Assembly: GCA_964598805.1 (NCBI GenBank) | Contig: CAZRDH010000071.1 | Location: forward strand, 1-61,987 | Source of the DNA: an uncultured Desulfurococcaceae archaeon | GTDB taxonomy: Archaea; Thermoproteota; Thermoprotei_A; Sulfolobales; Ignisphaeraceae | Direction: 5' to 3' | DNA: 61,987 bases | Shown: in pieces, positions 27,615-36,640 of the stretch | Position numbering within the stretch: the stretch's first letter is position 1 | How the letters are laid out: every line of letters starts with the position of its first letter | Position numbers and translations under genes: made by a program | The notes under the pieces: model-generated | Databases searched by the model: none | Told to the model about the DNA's origin: nothing | What the model saw: the letters and a program-made list of their open reading frames with translations, nothing else

Positions 27615-28895
27615 TTAAACCTCTATCGCTTCGCCGTTACTAGGTACGTGCACTTCTAGACCTAGCTCCTCCTTAATCCTATACGCTAGATCGTACGCGA
27701 CCGCGTCGTTACCGTGAACGATAATCACCTTCTCTAGCCCCTTAACCTGCTTAACGAGCTTCATCAACCCCGATACCCCAGCGTGGCTACTAAAGTCGAA
27801 CCAGTACAGCTTCGCCTTGATCCTGGGAGTCCCCTCCTCGATAACCCCTTCGCTCAAGAGCTTGCGACCCGGGGTTGACGGTGCTTGGTAGCTAACGAGG
27901 AACACAGCGCTCTTCCTATCGTCCCAAATCCTCTTTAAGTAGTATAGCGACGGACCTCCCTTTAGCATTCCTGCAGGAGTGACTATCACGGCTCCGCGCT
28001 CCTTAAGCACCTTTCTGCGCATGCCCGTTCCCTGCACTGGCGTGAACACCTGAGCCGCCTTCTTGAGCAAGTCGATTCTGTTTATGTACTTTGGGTACGC
28101 TAGCATTATCTCGAGCATCTTCCTAGACATGCCGTCGTAGTACACGTCAGCGTAAGGCATTCTCTCCGCTAGGAGAGCGAGAATCTCTTGGGATCTGCCT
28201 AAGGCGAACGCGGGTATCAGCACGTTGCCTCCATCCTCTATCACGCTCTTTACGGCCTCAATGAACTTCTCCTCAACTAGCTTCCTATCCGGGTGGTCAA
28301 CGTTTCCATACGTAGACTCGATTATTAGCACGTTCGCTTCCACGCCGCTTAAGTCCGCGCCCTTAACGAGCCTAGTGTCTATGGTATTCACGTCGCCGGT
28401 ATAGAGTATGGTCTTTCCGTCAACGTCTAGCTTAACCATGACGCTGCCCGGTATGTGCCCAGCGTTTATGAACTCCATCCTTATTCCGTCTAGCTGGACC
28501 TCCGAGCCTATGCTAACCTCCTTAGTGTTAGCGAGCATCGTCTCGAGCTCGGGGTGCTCGAAGGGTAGGTAGTACCCGGCGAGCTTCATCATGTCCTCTA
28601 TGAGCAGCTTCGCGAACTCCTTGGTTAGCTCGGTCATTATCACGGGCCTTCGAATCGAAGCGAATAGCATTGGGACTGCGCCAACGTGGTCTAGATGCGC
28701 GTGCGTAACCGCTATCGCCTTCAGCTTGCTGGGCCTAACGCTGAGCGGGAATACCGGTATGTCGGACTCATCGAATGCGACGCCGTAGTCTAGCAACACT
28801 GCTTCGCCGCTCCGCGATTCCACTAGTATCGCAGCTCTCCCAACCTCCTGACCGGCTCCCAACACGGTTATCCTTACGCTCACGGCTTTCACCAC
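27615..28895 (-). CDS. beta-CASP/MBL ribonuclease, aCPSF2 type (no KH domains)
   Basis: VTHAHLDHVGAVP (HxHxDH), the beta-CASP insert, and C-terminal FSSHAG and VHGN motifs. Length is 426 aa. Confidence 0.85.
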   Translation of the reverse strand: MVKAVSVRITVLGAGQEVGRAAILVESRSGEAVLLDYGVAFDESDIPVFPLSVRPSKLKAIAVTHAHLDHVGAVPMLFASIRRPVIMTELTKEFAKLLIEDMMKLAGYYLPFEHPELETMLANTKEVSIGSEVQLDGIRMEFINAGHIPGSVMVKLDVDGKTILYTGDVNTIDTRLVKGADLSGVEANVLIIESTYGNVDHPDRKLVEEKFIEAVKSVIEDGGNVLIPAFALGRSQEILALLAERMPYADVYYDGMSRKMLEIMLAYPKYINRIDLLKKAAQVFTPVQGTGMRRKVLKERGAVIVTPAGMLKGGPSLYYLKRIWDDRKSAVFLVSYQAPSTPGRKLLSEGVIEEGTPRIKAKLYWFDFSSHAGVSGLMKLVKQVKGLEKVIIVHGNDAVAYDLAYRIKEELGLEVHVPSNGEAIEV

Positions 28896-28933
28896 CCCTT
28901 TTTACGTACCGCATCTATTGCTGTGCTTAGGAG

Positions 28934-29338
28934 GTGGTTATGCTCCCTATAAATCCTAGAGACCTTCAACGCCAGCTACGCCAGTTAAAGAGGCTAGGCA
29001 TAAAGATGGAGCCCATCGAGGGCGTAGAGAGAGTAGTTTTAGAGACTAAGGATAAGGCGATAATCCTCGAAGCGCCGCAGGTCGTATCCATGGAGTTCGG
29101 GGGCCAGAGAATGTTCTACATCGCGGCGCAGTCCGTTCGCGAAGAGCCTCTTGAGAGAATTCGCGAGGTACCGGCGGAGAGCGCTGCCACTACCCTAGCC
29201 GCCTCGATATCGGAGGACGACGTGAAGTTCGTTGCTGAGTACGCTAGCGTTGACGAGGAGCGCGCGCGTCGAGCGCTAGAGCGTGCTGGGGGAGACATAG
29301 CTAAGGCTATAGAGCTCATCCAGAAGGGAGAGGTTTAA
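28934..29338 (+). CDS. nac: Nascent polypeptide-associated complex protein (NAC plus UBA domains)
   Basis: NAC beta-barrel segment (IEGVERVVLETKDKAIILEAPQV) and a C-terminal UBA (EERARRALERAGGDIAKAIELI). Confidence 0.85.
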   Translation: MVMLPINPRDLQRQLRQLKRLGIKMEPIEGVERVVLETKDKAIILEAPQVVSMEFGGQRMFYIAAQSVREEPLERIREVPAESAATTLAASISEDDVKFVAEYASVDEERARRALERAGGDIAKAIELIQKGEV

Positions 29339-29651
29339 CGAGCTTAGCAACGCGATCACAAAGCTCCTTTAGGAGCCTAGCTAGCTCGGCGAGCTCCAAC
29401 TCCCCGTACCTACCATCCTCGACGAGCCTCGCTACCTCGAAAGCTCTTTCCAGCCCGTCGACGCGAAGCTCTGTAGCCTTTAAGCACTTAACGAGCCCCA
29501 GCAGGATGTAGCCAAGCCAGTACCTGCGCTGATACCCTTCCTCGCTGAGAACCTCGTAGCATGCCCGCAGGTACATCCGTAGGCGCTGCAGCGCTAGTTC
29601 TGCCGATGGTTCGCAAGGGGCTAAGTCGCGTTTAGCCATATGCTTACCCAA
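29316..29651 (-). CDS. Hypothetical helical protein
   Basis: 111-aa ORF overlapping the nac 3' end convergently by 23 nt. No motif. Confidence 0.3.
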   Translation of the reverse strand: MGKHMAKRDLAPCEPSAELALQRLRMYLRACYEVLSEEGYQRRYWLGYILLGLVKCLKATELRVDGLERAFEVARLVEDGRYGELELAELARLLKELCDRVAKLVKPLPSG

Positions 29652-29674
29652 GCTGTGTAGGGGGCTCGAGCTAT

Positions 29675-30646
29675 ATGCTGATAGTGAAGAGGTTGTTCGT
29701 GCAACCCAAGCTGGAGATCGCTAGGAAGACCACGTTGCTAAAGCTAGGCTTGTTCGGGGAGCGCGAAATCTCCGTAGTGCTACACGTTGTTAAGGATGCT
29801 GATTTCGAGTTGCTATGCTTAGCGAATTCGGAGATCGTTAGGCTGCGTAGAGGGGATAGAGTGAGGTTCAGGAAGCCCGTCGCGTTATACCGTAGCTGCG
29901 GAGGCGAGGTAGTGCTATCAATCGTTAGGAGGAACGATCTCATCGAAGTTTCGTCGATTCGAGAGCTATGCTCTAGAAAAGCGCTTAGCGATGGCTTTTG
30001 CGCTGTGCATAGGCATAGCGAGTACCGTTCGTACCTAAGGATGGTGTTCGGGATCACGAATACTGCTCCCAGCGGCGTTCCCCTCGCTCAAGTACCCCAC
30101 ATGGTCTACGCGATGTACGTTGGGGGATCGGCGCTTAAGGTGGGCATAGCCAACGGGTTAAAGAACGTTGGTCGCCTCTACGAGCAGCTATTCCTACTAT
30201 CCTCGATACTAGCGTTCGTTAGCGATGCAAACGCCGCTCGCCGATTAGAGGTAGCGCTAAGCAATGCAAAGCACGGAGTGTACGAGAGGTTAACCGTTAA
30301 AGAGAGGCTAGAACACATCACCTCGTTTAGGGACATCGACGCCAGCTTGAGGATCTTCGTATCTAGGCTCTACACGCACGTGCTCCCCAAGCTCAAGCGC
30401 TTCGTATCGATAAAGGATTCGAAGCCCCTGCCGGTAATCGCGTTTAGCGAGGAAATGCTCTCACGAATCGAGTCATCAACGCGAATATGTTCAGAGAAGG
30501 ATCTGGATAACTTAGAGGGGTGCTTCGAGATTACGAGCTATGCCCCGGGAGGCATCGTGCTCGAGGAGTGCTCGGGTAGGCAACGCGTTTACGTACCTTA
30601 TCAGCTACTACGCAACCTAGCTATGAACGCTGCGTTGGTGGGCTAG
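29675..30646 (+). CDS. Hypothetical protein with a GIY-YIG/DUF2797-like 'YxxYVGgsxLKVGIa' segment (tentative)
   Basis: 323 aa. HMVYAMYVGGSALKVGIANGLKNVGRLYEQ resembles the beta-hairpin of T5orf172/DUF2797-type domains. Confidence 0.4.
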   Translation: MLIVKRLFVQPKLEIARKTTLLKLGLFGEREISVVLHVVKDADFELLCLANSEIVRLRRGDRVRFRKPVALYRSCGGEVVLSIVRRNDLIEVSSIRELCSRKALSDGFCAVHRHSEYRSYLRMVFGITNTAPSGVPLAQVPHMVYAMYVGGSALKVGIANGLKNVGRLYEQLFLLSSILAFVSDANAARRLEVALSNAKHGVYERLTVKERLEHITSFRDIDASLRIFVSRLYTHVLPKLKRFVSIKDSKPLPVIAFSEEMLSRIESSTRICSEKDLDNLEGCFEITSYAPGGIVLEECSGRQRVYVPYQLLRNLAMNAALVG

Positions 30647-31769
30647 CCACGTTTTTCGCTGGAACGACCTTAATCACCGTGAACTCGCCGTACCCCGTCA
30701 AAACCCTGTAGTACCCGCTCAACCTCTCGTCGAGAAGCTCGTCGCCGGTATCGATGATTAGGTACCGGAGCTTCGAGATTTTGCGCGGCGTAGATACTAT
30801 GAGAATCTCGCCCTTATCGAATAACCGCAGTATATCGGGAGTAAGCTGCTTATTCCCACGCCCTATCAAGAACCCTTGGCCCCCGATGGGGGTTAGCACC
30901 AACATCTTTCTATCCCTATAAGCCTCCACGAGCCTCTTGAACTCTCCGCCCCATAGATCGCGCGCAACGAGCCTACCGTTCAGAACCGCATCGAACCCTA
31001 GGAGCGTCTTCTCCACGCCGAGCTCCTCGGCTATAGCCTTAACGGTCGATCCCGGGCCCAGTATGAGCAGCTTATTCGGGTCGTACATCTGCTCGACGAA
31101 GTACCGCGCAATAGCCTTCTTAGCCTCTTCCTCACCCGCGCTAACCTCCTTGGACGGCGTTAAGAGGTTCTCTACGCAAACAGTCTTCGCAACGCCGTAG
31201 AGCCTCACGCTCAGTACGTCGCGTCGAAACGCCTCCTCATCGATATCCGCAACCTCGGCTTCGCAAACGCGGGCTTCGCCCCTTAGAAACGAGCATACTA
31301 TGCTAGCAGCAGCTTCGGGCGATACCGCGAAAACGCCGCTATACATCTTAACCCCCGATGGAACGCCCAGTACGGGCACGCTATCCCCAACCACCGAAAC
31401 AACGTCTCTCGCCGTACCGTCGCCGCCAACGAACACAACTAGCTCTACGCCTAAACCCAGCATCTCCTTAACGCATTTCCTCGTATCCTCAGCCGTAGTG
31501 GGGCTACCTATCGAGATTCCTACAACCTCGTACCCGATGCCTAGCTGCTTAACGTAGTCCTCACCCATCACCCCCGGAGCGACCAGTAGCTTCCCGTCGA
31601 CGAGGTTTCGGCATAGGGATGCCAATGCGGTAAGGAATCTCCGGGCTATGGTCGGTGAAACGGGCTTAGCGCCCCTTCTCAAAGCCTCGAAATAAGCATT
31701 GCCATCAGTGCCCTTCAGCCCTACCGCACCCCCCATCCCTGCTATGGGGTTGACTAGAAAGCCTATCAA
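30621..31769 (-). CDS. ATP-NAD kinase-like protein (GGDGT family)
   Basis: VVFVGGDGTARD motif, with N-terminal NPIAGMGG. Length is 382 aa. Confidence 0.7.
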   Translation of the reverse strand: MIGFLVNPIAGMGGAVGLKGTDGNAYFEALRRGAKPVSPTIARRFLTALASLCRNLVDGKLLVAPGVMGEDYVKQLGIGYEVVGISIGSPTTAEDTRKCVKEMLGLGVELVVFVGGDGTARDVVSVVGDSVPVLGVPSGVKMYSGVFAVSPEAAASIVCSFLRGEARVCEAEVADIDEEAFRRDVLSVRLYGVAKTVCVENLLTPSKEVSAGEEEAKKAIARYFVEQMYDPNKLLILGPGSTVKAIAEELGVEKTLLGFDAVLNGRLVARDLWGGEFKRLVEAYRDRKMLVLTPIGGQGFLIGRGNKQLTPDILRLFDKGEILIVSTPRKISKLRYLIIDTGDELLDERLSGYYRVLTGYGEFTVIKVVPAKNVASPPTQRS

Positions 31770-31796
31770 ACTAATCCCTAGGGCTAATAAGCAACG

Positions 31797-32573
31797 GTGT
31801 CTAAAGACTTAACGCGTTCGAGGGCACCAACATTGCGAGTAGGCGTTCTAGGCGATGTGCATGGAGGCGTAAGCACTTTGCGCAAGGCTCTAAACTGGCT
31901 TAGCGGAGAGGGTGTTGAGGCAATTCTATGCGTAGGGGATTTCGCTACGCTCTCTAAGGATCCCCTACGGGATCTAGAGCTAGTGCGCAACGAGCTTCAA
32001 CTCCTTAACGACCTAGGCATTCCCGTGCTCTACGTCTGGGGCAATAGGGATCTAGAGCTGTTCTCCGCAATAATACTGCTCGATGATGCGCTGCGTAGGG
32101 AGGCTCAGTCGTTGGTACACGAAATCCTCGAGATGAAGAACCTAATCGAGGTACCTCGAGATGCGCGGATCAAGCTCTTCGACGGCGTGTACGTTACCCG
32201 CAACCCTCTACTCCTAAACGATAGAACCATATACCTAACCCACTACGACGAGGTCGTTAGGTCGTGCTACCTACACATAGAGGGACACGTACACTACGGT
32301 CAGGTATCTACGAGGAGGTACCTAAACGCGGGCTTCGTACACCGCGACGAGCTCCACGGTTCGGAGCCCCTCGACGGAGTGGTTATGGCGCTGCACCTCG
32401 ATCCGGAGAGCGTTCTTAGGGTGGTTGTCAAGCCCTTGGGGAGCGTTAAGCCCTTGGTGTGCCCTATACACATCGAGGAAGGCGTGTTCTTTGTTCCAGA
32501 AACGTGGCGCCGATGCCCCGTATGCTACGATTGGGCTAGGGCTAGGCTTTCGAGAGCTTTGCCGCACCCCTAA
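31797..32573 (+). CDS. Calcineurin-like metallophosphoesterase with a C-terminal Cys4 ribbon
   Basis: GDVHG, VGDF, GNRD and GHVH motifs, plus CPIH...CPVC. Confidence 0.7.
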   Translation: MSKDLTRSRAPTLRVGVLGDVHGGVSTLRKALNWLSGEGVEAILCVGDFATLSKDPLRDLELVRNELQLLNDLGIPVLYVWGNRDLELFSAIILLDDALRREAQSLVHEILEMKNLIEVPRDARIKLFDGVYVTRNPLLLNDRTIYLTHYDEVVRSCYLHIEGHVHYGQVSTRRYLNAGFVHRDELHGSEPLDGVVMALHLDPESVLRVVVKPLGSVKPLVCPIHIEEGVFFVPETWRRCPVCYDWARARLSRALPHP

Positions 32574-32602
32574 AAATACGCGAGAGGGATAAAACCGCGT
32601 GG

Positions 32603-32983
32603 ATGAGCCTCGTGGGGATGACGAAGATTAAGCGCCTATTGAAGCGCATCTTAGCGGAGTACGGTCCGAGCCTAGGTATATCGTACGCGCTACTCTACAA
32701 ACCCTACCGCAGCTCGAACCACGTGCTCATACTTAGGTTTAGGGACGGCGTATCGAGGGAGTGCGCCTTCGAGATAAGGATGGACTTCGCAACACTATTA
32801 CCGCCGCTTAGGCTCGATATATACGACGCGCGCGACATTCCTAGCGAGCTCCTTAAGCACGTGTTTAAGTACGGCGAGCTACTCTATGTTGGTAACTACG
32901 AGGAGTACGTTAGGGACCTAGAAACGTCGTTTACATCTCGAGCCAGCGAGTGGAGGCAAGCTGAGCTAGTGGGATACGCTTAG
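32603..32983 (+). CDS. Hypothetical protein
   Basis: 126-aa ORF with no confident motif. Confidence 0.35.
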   Translation: MSLVGMTKIKRLLKRILAEYGPSLGISYALLYKPYRSSNHVLILRFRDGVSRECAFEIRMDFATLLPPLRLDIYDARDIPSELLKHVFKYGELLYVGNYEEYVRDLETSFTSRASEWRQAELVGYA

Positions 32984-33396
32984 GAACCGCTCTTTGCGCT
33001 CTCCACGAGCTTCTTAACCTTAGCGATGAACTTCTCCCTATCGACTATGAACCTCTCGTGAATGCCCTCCCCAACGAGTACGTTCCCCCACTTAGCCTTA
33101 ACCTCGAATACTAGCTTCCTACCCTCTTGCCCAACGAGCTTAGCCTCAACCTCAACCTCCTCGCCTACGGGAACGGGGTTCAAGTGCTTTACGTCGACTC
33201 TCGTCCCTACGGTCGTTAGGTTTGGCGGTAGGTACTTCTGCGCTAGCTCGAGAGCGGTGGCCTCCATGAACAGTATCATGCTGGGTGTCGAAAGCACTTC
33301 AACTTCGCCGCTTCCAACGTGCTTAGCCGCATGCTCGCTCGTTACCACGAACTTCTTCACATGCACAACACCCTTAGGGAGCTCTACCGACGACAT
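32980..33396 (-). CDS. Hotdog-fold thioesterase (FlK/COG5496-like)
   Basis: VGSGEVEVLSTPSMILFME...VGTRVDVKHLNPVPVG matches the family pattern. Confidence 0.6.
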   Translation of the reverse strand: MSSVELPKGVVHVKKFVVTSEHAAKHVGSGEVEVLSTPSMILFMEATALELAQKYLPPNLTTVGTRVDVKHLNPVPVGEEVEVEAKLVGQEGRKLVFEVKAKWGNVLVGEGIHERFIVDREKFIAKVKKLVESAKSGS

Positions 33397-33438
33397 AGCC
33401 CAGCACCTAGCTAAGCATGTAAGGCAAAGGCTATAAAC

Positions 33439-33969
33439 TCACCATGGAACCTCCTTGAGCTTCAACTTGTAGGCAACAACGTTAGTTGCGTAGTGGATTA
33501 CGGGGGTTATCGCGACTAGGAATAGCGCTTGGCCTAAGCTTAGGGTATACGCGTGGCCTAGGTAGGCGAACGCCATTGCGAAGAGTAGGAACGTTAGCTG
33601 GTCGAGCAAAGGCATCGGCTTGCCAGGAGCTAAGCCCATCCTTCGCTTAATGAATGAGCCTACGCAGTCCCCCACCATAGCCCCTACGGACAGTAGCAAG
33701 CCCCTCCACGTCCATAGCGAGGGGTTTCCGAACACAATGCCCTCGACGAACCCCGTAAGCGTACCTGTAGCCACTCCGCAGACGAACCCCTCGATGCTCT
33801 TGCTATCCCCTAGAACCCTCCTGCCGTCAACGAACTTCTTCCCGAAGTCTATTGGGTGCCTACGCTTAACGATCCTAGCCATCACCACGGGCGATCCGTT
33901 AGCTACGTAGGCCGGGAGTACGAATAGTACTGCCGATGCTAGCCACGAAGCCACGTTCATGAGCAGCAC
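33439..33969 (-). CDS. carS: CDP-archaeol synthase
   Basis: 176-aa 5-TM protein with PAYVANGSPV and GDSKSIEG motifs, typical of CarS (DUF46). Confidence 0.8.
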   Translation of the reverse strand: MLLMNVASWLASAVLFVLPAYVANGSPVVMARIVKRRHPIDFGKKFVDGRRVLGDSKSIEGFVCGVATGTLTGFVEGIVFGNPSLWTWRGLLLSVGAMVGDCVGSFIKRRMGLAPGKPMPLLDQLTFLLFAMAFAYLGHAYTLSLGQALFLVAITPVIHYATNVVAYKLKLKEVPW

Positions 33970-34053
33970 CCGCTAGCCCTTCGGGCTTCTCGACGGAGTC
34001 GATAATAGATAATATTAGCCGCCTACACGGGTAACCCTAATGGATGGTGGGGG

Positions 34054-34671
34054 TTGGAATCCTCCTCTAGACGGAGGAGGCTTAGGATTAGGATGAGCTT
34101 CTCGGAGATAAGGAGGTTCTTCATAGACGAGAACGTTAAGAGCGTCGCTAGGAGGCTCTTCGTGACCAACGCCGTGGACTCCCTACTAGCTTACGCTGGA
34201 GCAATCGTAGGCAACTACGCTTCGGGGAATACGAATCCCTATAGCTACATAGCCACGGGCATAGGGTTGGCGCTCTCAATAAGCTTGCTAAGCAACTTCC
34301 TAGCGGTATTCTTCGTTGAGGAAGCCGAGCGGCGCGTCGAGCTAGTCTTCGTTTCTAAGCACATGCTGCGCGACCTAAACAACTCCGTGCTGGGCAAGGC
34401 GCCGAGAATTGTCGCCCTCTACGTAGCGATGTGGTCCGCCATAGGCGCTTTCTCGTTCCCATCGCTAGCGTCGCTAGCATTCATACCCGCGCTACTCTCG
34501 TTAGCATCGATACACGCGTGCGTAATCGCTTCGCTCGCGATAGTCGTAGGGATAATGTTCGGCTTGGGTATGTACCTAGGGAGGCTAATAGGTCGGGGTG
34601 CAAGTGGTTGGGGTGCGAGGTTCGCGCTGATAGGCGTAATTCCACTCTTACTAAGCTTAGTGATGAGGTAG
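34054..34671 (+). CDS. Membrane protein, VIT1/CCC1-like (tentative)
   Basis: RRLFVTNAVDSLLAYAGAIVG resembles the VIT-family first helix. It has 4-5 TM helices. Confidence 0.35.
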   Translation: MESSSRRRRLRIRMSFSEIRRFFIDENVKSVARRLFVTNAVDSLLAYAGAIVGNYASGNTNPYSYIATGIGLALSISLLSNFLAVFFVEEAERRVELVFVSKHMLRDLNNSVLGKAPRIVALYVAMWSAIGAFSFPSLASLAFIPALLSLASIHACVIASLAIVVGIMFGLGMYLGRLIGRGASGWGARFALIGVIPLLLSLVMR

Positions 34672-34675
34672 GGGG

Positions 34676-34724
34676 TCAGCCGAAACCTCCGCGATCACCA
34701 ATCACCTCACTACGAGGTCATCAC
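34676..34724 (-). ncRNA. Box C/D sRNA candidate
   Basis: GUGAUGA-CCUCGUAGUGAG-GUGA-UUG-GUGAUCG-CGGAGGUUUCGG-CUGA. It has the 49-nt 12/3/12 layout with perfect terminal boxes and degenerate internal ones. Confidence 0.5.
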
Positions 34725-34733
34725 CCCCTAGCA

Positions 34734-35369
34734 TTGCTGGTATCGGCGTTGTTAAGGGTTTACCACCTCGCGAAGCCGCTGACCGTAGCCCGATTCGCGG
34801 GGCTAAGGCTTTGCATACCCCGAGGCGTTTTCGATCCCCGGATCTCGATCTCAACGTCGCTAGTAATCGACTTCCTAACGAGGATCTCCCATCGGTTGAC
34901 AAAGGGCTTAGCGCTCGACATGGGGTGCGGCACTGGAGCCATAGGCATATTCATGGCTAAGTACCTCGGGTTTAGGGAAGTGCATTTCTTCGACGTAGAC
35001 CCGCGAGCCCTAGCGGTTACGAGGATAAACATCGATCTCAATGGCGTTAGCGATAGGGCTAAGGTTCTTAGGGAGCTAAACGACGATGTTCGCTACGATA
35101 TCGTTGTTACGAACCCCCCTTACCTCCCTCTAAGGCCTAGGGATCCGCTTGACTACTGCTGGTGCGGTGGAAGCGATTTAGAGATCTTCAAGCTGATGAT
35201 AGCGAGGGGAGTTCGCCTCCTCAGGAGGGGCGGGTTCCTAGTAACGACGTTCTCAACGCTATCTAGGTGCGCTTACTCCTACCTATCGACCATCTGTAGG
35301 AAGCTGGTTATCGGAGGCTCGCGTAGAACCCCCTTCGACGCTATATACGTAGCGATTTGCGTACCCTAG
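34734..35369 (+). CDS. NPPY-motif SAM-dependent methyltransferase (HemK/PrmC/Mtq2-like)
   Basis: DMGCGTGAIG (motif I) and VVTNPPYLP (motif IV). The track ORF starts at 34431, but that part overlaps the upstream gene and an sRNA. The TTG 34734 start is an estimate. Confidence 0.65.
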   Translation: MLVSALLRVYHLAKPLTVARFAGLRLCIPRGVFDPRISISTSLVIDFLTRISHRLTKGLALDMGCGTGAIGIFMAKYLGFREVHFFDVDPRALAVTRINIDLNGVSDRAKVLRELNDDVRYDIVVTNPPYLPLRPRDPLDYCWCGGSDLEIFKLMIARGVRLLRRGGFLVTTFSTLSRCAYSYLSTICRKLVIGGSRRTPFDAIYVAICVP

Positions 35370-36481
35370 CGTGAGGAAACAACAACTCTCCGCCTCGTCG
35401 CCTGCTTGAGGATTTCGAGCTCCTTCTCCCCGATGGTACCCGAGATAACCACCTTAACCCTATCGACTATTTCGCACTTAGCTCTAGAGCCTAGGAGCTC
35501 GAGGAGCTCGTTAACATCGCTCTCGCGAATCCTAGGCTCCTTGCTGTAGTCGCCGCAAGGTCCGTAGGAGCAAGCGGCGCAGTACTGCTCGTGGCTCCAC
35601 ACGTTGGCTTGGCAAGCTGATTCGAATACCGTAAATCCTAGGCTAGCAGCGTACTTCTCCACCATTCTCTTAATGTCTCCGCAGTTAATGGTTATCTGCT
35701 CTCGTGTGCTACGCGGTAGCCTAGGGGCTCGAGAAACTATTTTGGAAACGTCTATTCCGGCGCGACTCAGTCTCTCTAACACGCCCTTGGTTATTCTTAG
35801 CGAGCCCAGCACAACGCTCCTAATTCCCGCGCTCCACGCTCTCTCGAGGAGCTCCCTATACTCTTCCTCGATAATCCCCGGGATCAAGGGTCTTAGGAAT
35901 AGCGTTACCCTCAATCCGTGCTCAATGGCTATCCTAGCCCCTTCAAGCCTTTCGGTAGGTGGAGGAGCCCTAGGCTCGAGAACGCTGTGCCTCTTCATCG
36001 TAACTATCGTTACGAGAACGCTAAGTTCCTCGTCGCAACTCGCTAACCTGCTAGCGATTTCGTGGCTTAGAACCATCTTCGTCGATACTTGGCAAGGGAG
36101 TGATAGGTACCGTCGAATGAGCTTCATGCACTCGATCGTGTACGCCGCAGTGTTAGGGAGAAAGGGCTCTACGACCGATCCAAAGGCTGCAAAGGTGCGT
36201 TCGGGAACTACGTAGGGGTTGAGCGCTATCGCTAGAGCTAGCTCCGCCGGCTTGAGCTTGTACGGCGCGTCAATGCGCGGGAACCCCATGTCTATGGCGT
36301 AGCAGTAGAGGCACGCGTTAGTACAGCCTAGCCCCGTATGTATAGTCATTCCGCATGGACGGGGCTTGCGACGGCTATGGTGATCGCTTTTAGCGCGCAC
36401 GAACCCCTCTTCGCCTACTAGAGCCCTAAGCTCTTCAATAGCCTTGTTCTTCCTCTCGATGAGCGATGCAAGCCATCCCAA
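35366..36481 (-). CDS. Radical SAM protein (SplB/COG1533-like)
   Basis: GCTNACLYCYA carries the CxxxCxxC motif. TTG start, 371 aa. Confidence 0.75.
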   Translation of the reverse strand: MGWLASLIERKNKAIEELRALVGEEGFVRAKSDHHSRRKPRPCGMTIHTGLGCTNACLYCYAIDMGFPRIDAPYKLKPAELALAIALNPYVVPERTFAAFGSVVEPFLPNTAAYTIECMKLIRRYLSLPCQVSTKMVLSHEIASRLASCDEELSVLVTIVTMKRHSVLEPRAPPPTERLEGARIAIEHGLRVTLFLRPLIPGIIEEEYRELLERAWSAGIRSVVLGSLRITKGVLERLSRAGIDVSKIVSRAPRLPRSTREQITINCGDIKRMVEKYAASLGFTVFESACQANVWSHEQYCAACSYGPCGDYSKEPRIRESDVNELLELLGSRAKCEIVDRVKVVISGTIGEKELEILKQATRRRVVVSSR

Positions 36482-36486
36482 GGGAT

Positions 36487-36535
36487 TCAGCCTCGGGTTC
36501 CCTCATCACTTCTCAGAAGCGGACCTTCACATCAC
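36487..36535 (-). ncRNA. Box C/D sRNA
   Basis: GUGAUGU-GAAGGUCCGCUU-CUGA-GAA-GUGAUGA-GGGAACCCGAGG-CUGA, 49 nt with 12-nt guides. It ends 5 nt upstream of the radical SAM start codon. Confidence 0.8.
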
Positions 36536-36640
36536 CGAGTGTAATAAGGGACGCTAGAGGGTTATCAAGTATCTTGACCTCGAAACGCAATACTATTCAA
36601 CCTCTACCACCTTCGATAACCTAGGCGAAGCGTGTGAGCC

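Noticed and set aside
34431-34733. N-terminal 100 aa of the 312-aa track ORF.
   Set aside because: It overlaps the VIT-like gene in another frame and an sRNA candidate, is Arg/Ser-rich low-complexity sequence, and the methyltransferase motifs start later.
34780-34850. GGGGCTAAGGCTTTGCATACCCCGAGGCGTTTTCGATCCCCGG, which superficially resembles a tRNA T-arm.
   Set aside because: No cloverleaf can be drawn, and the stretch encodes the conserved N-terminal part of the methyltransferase.
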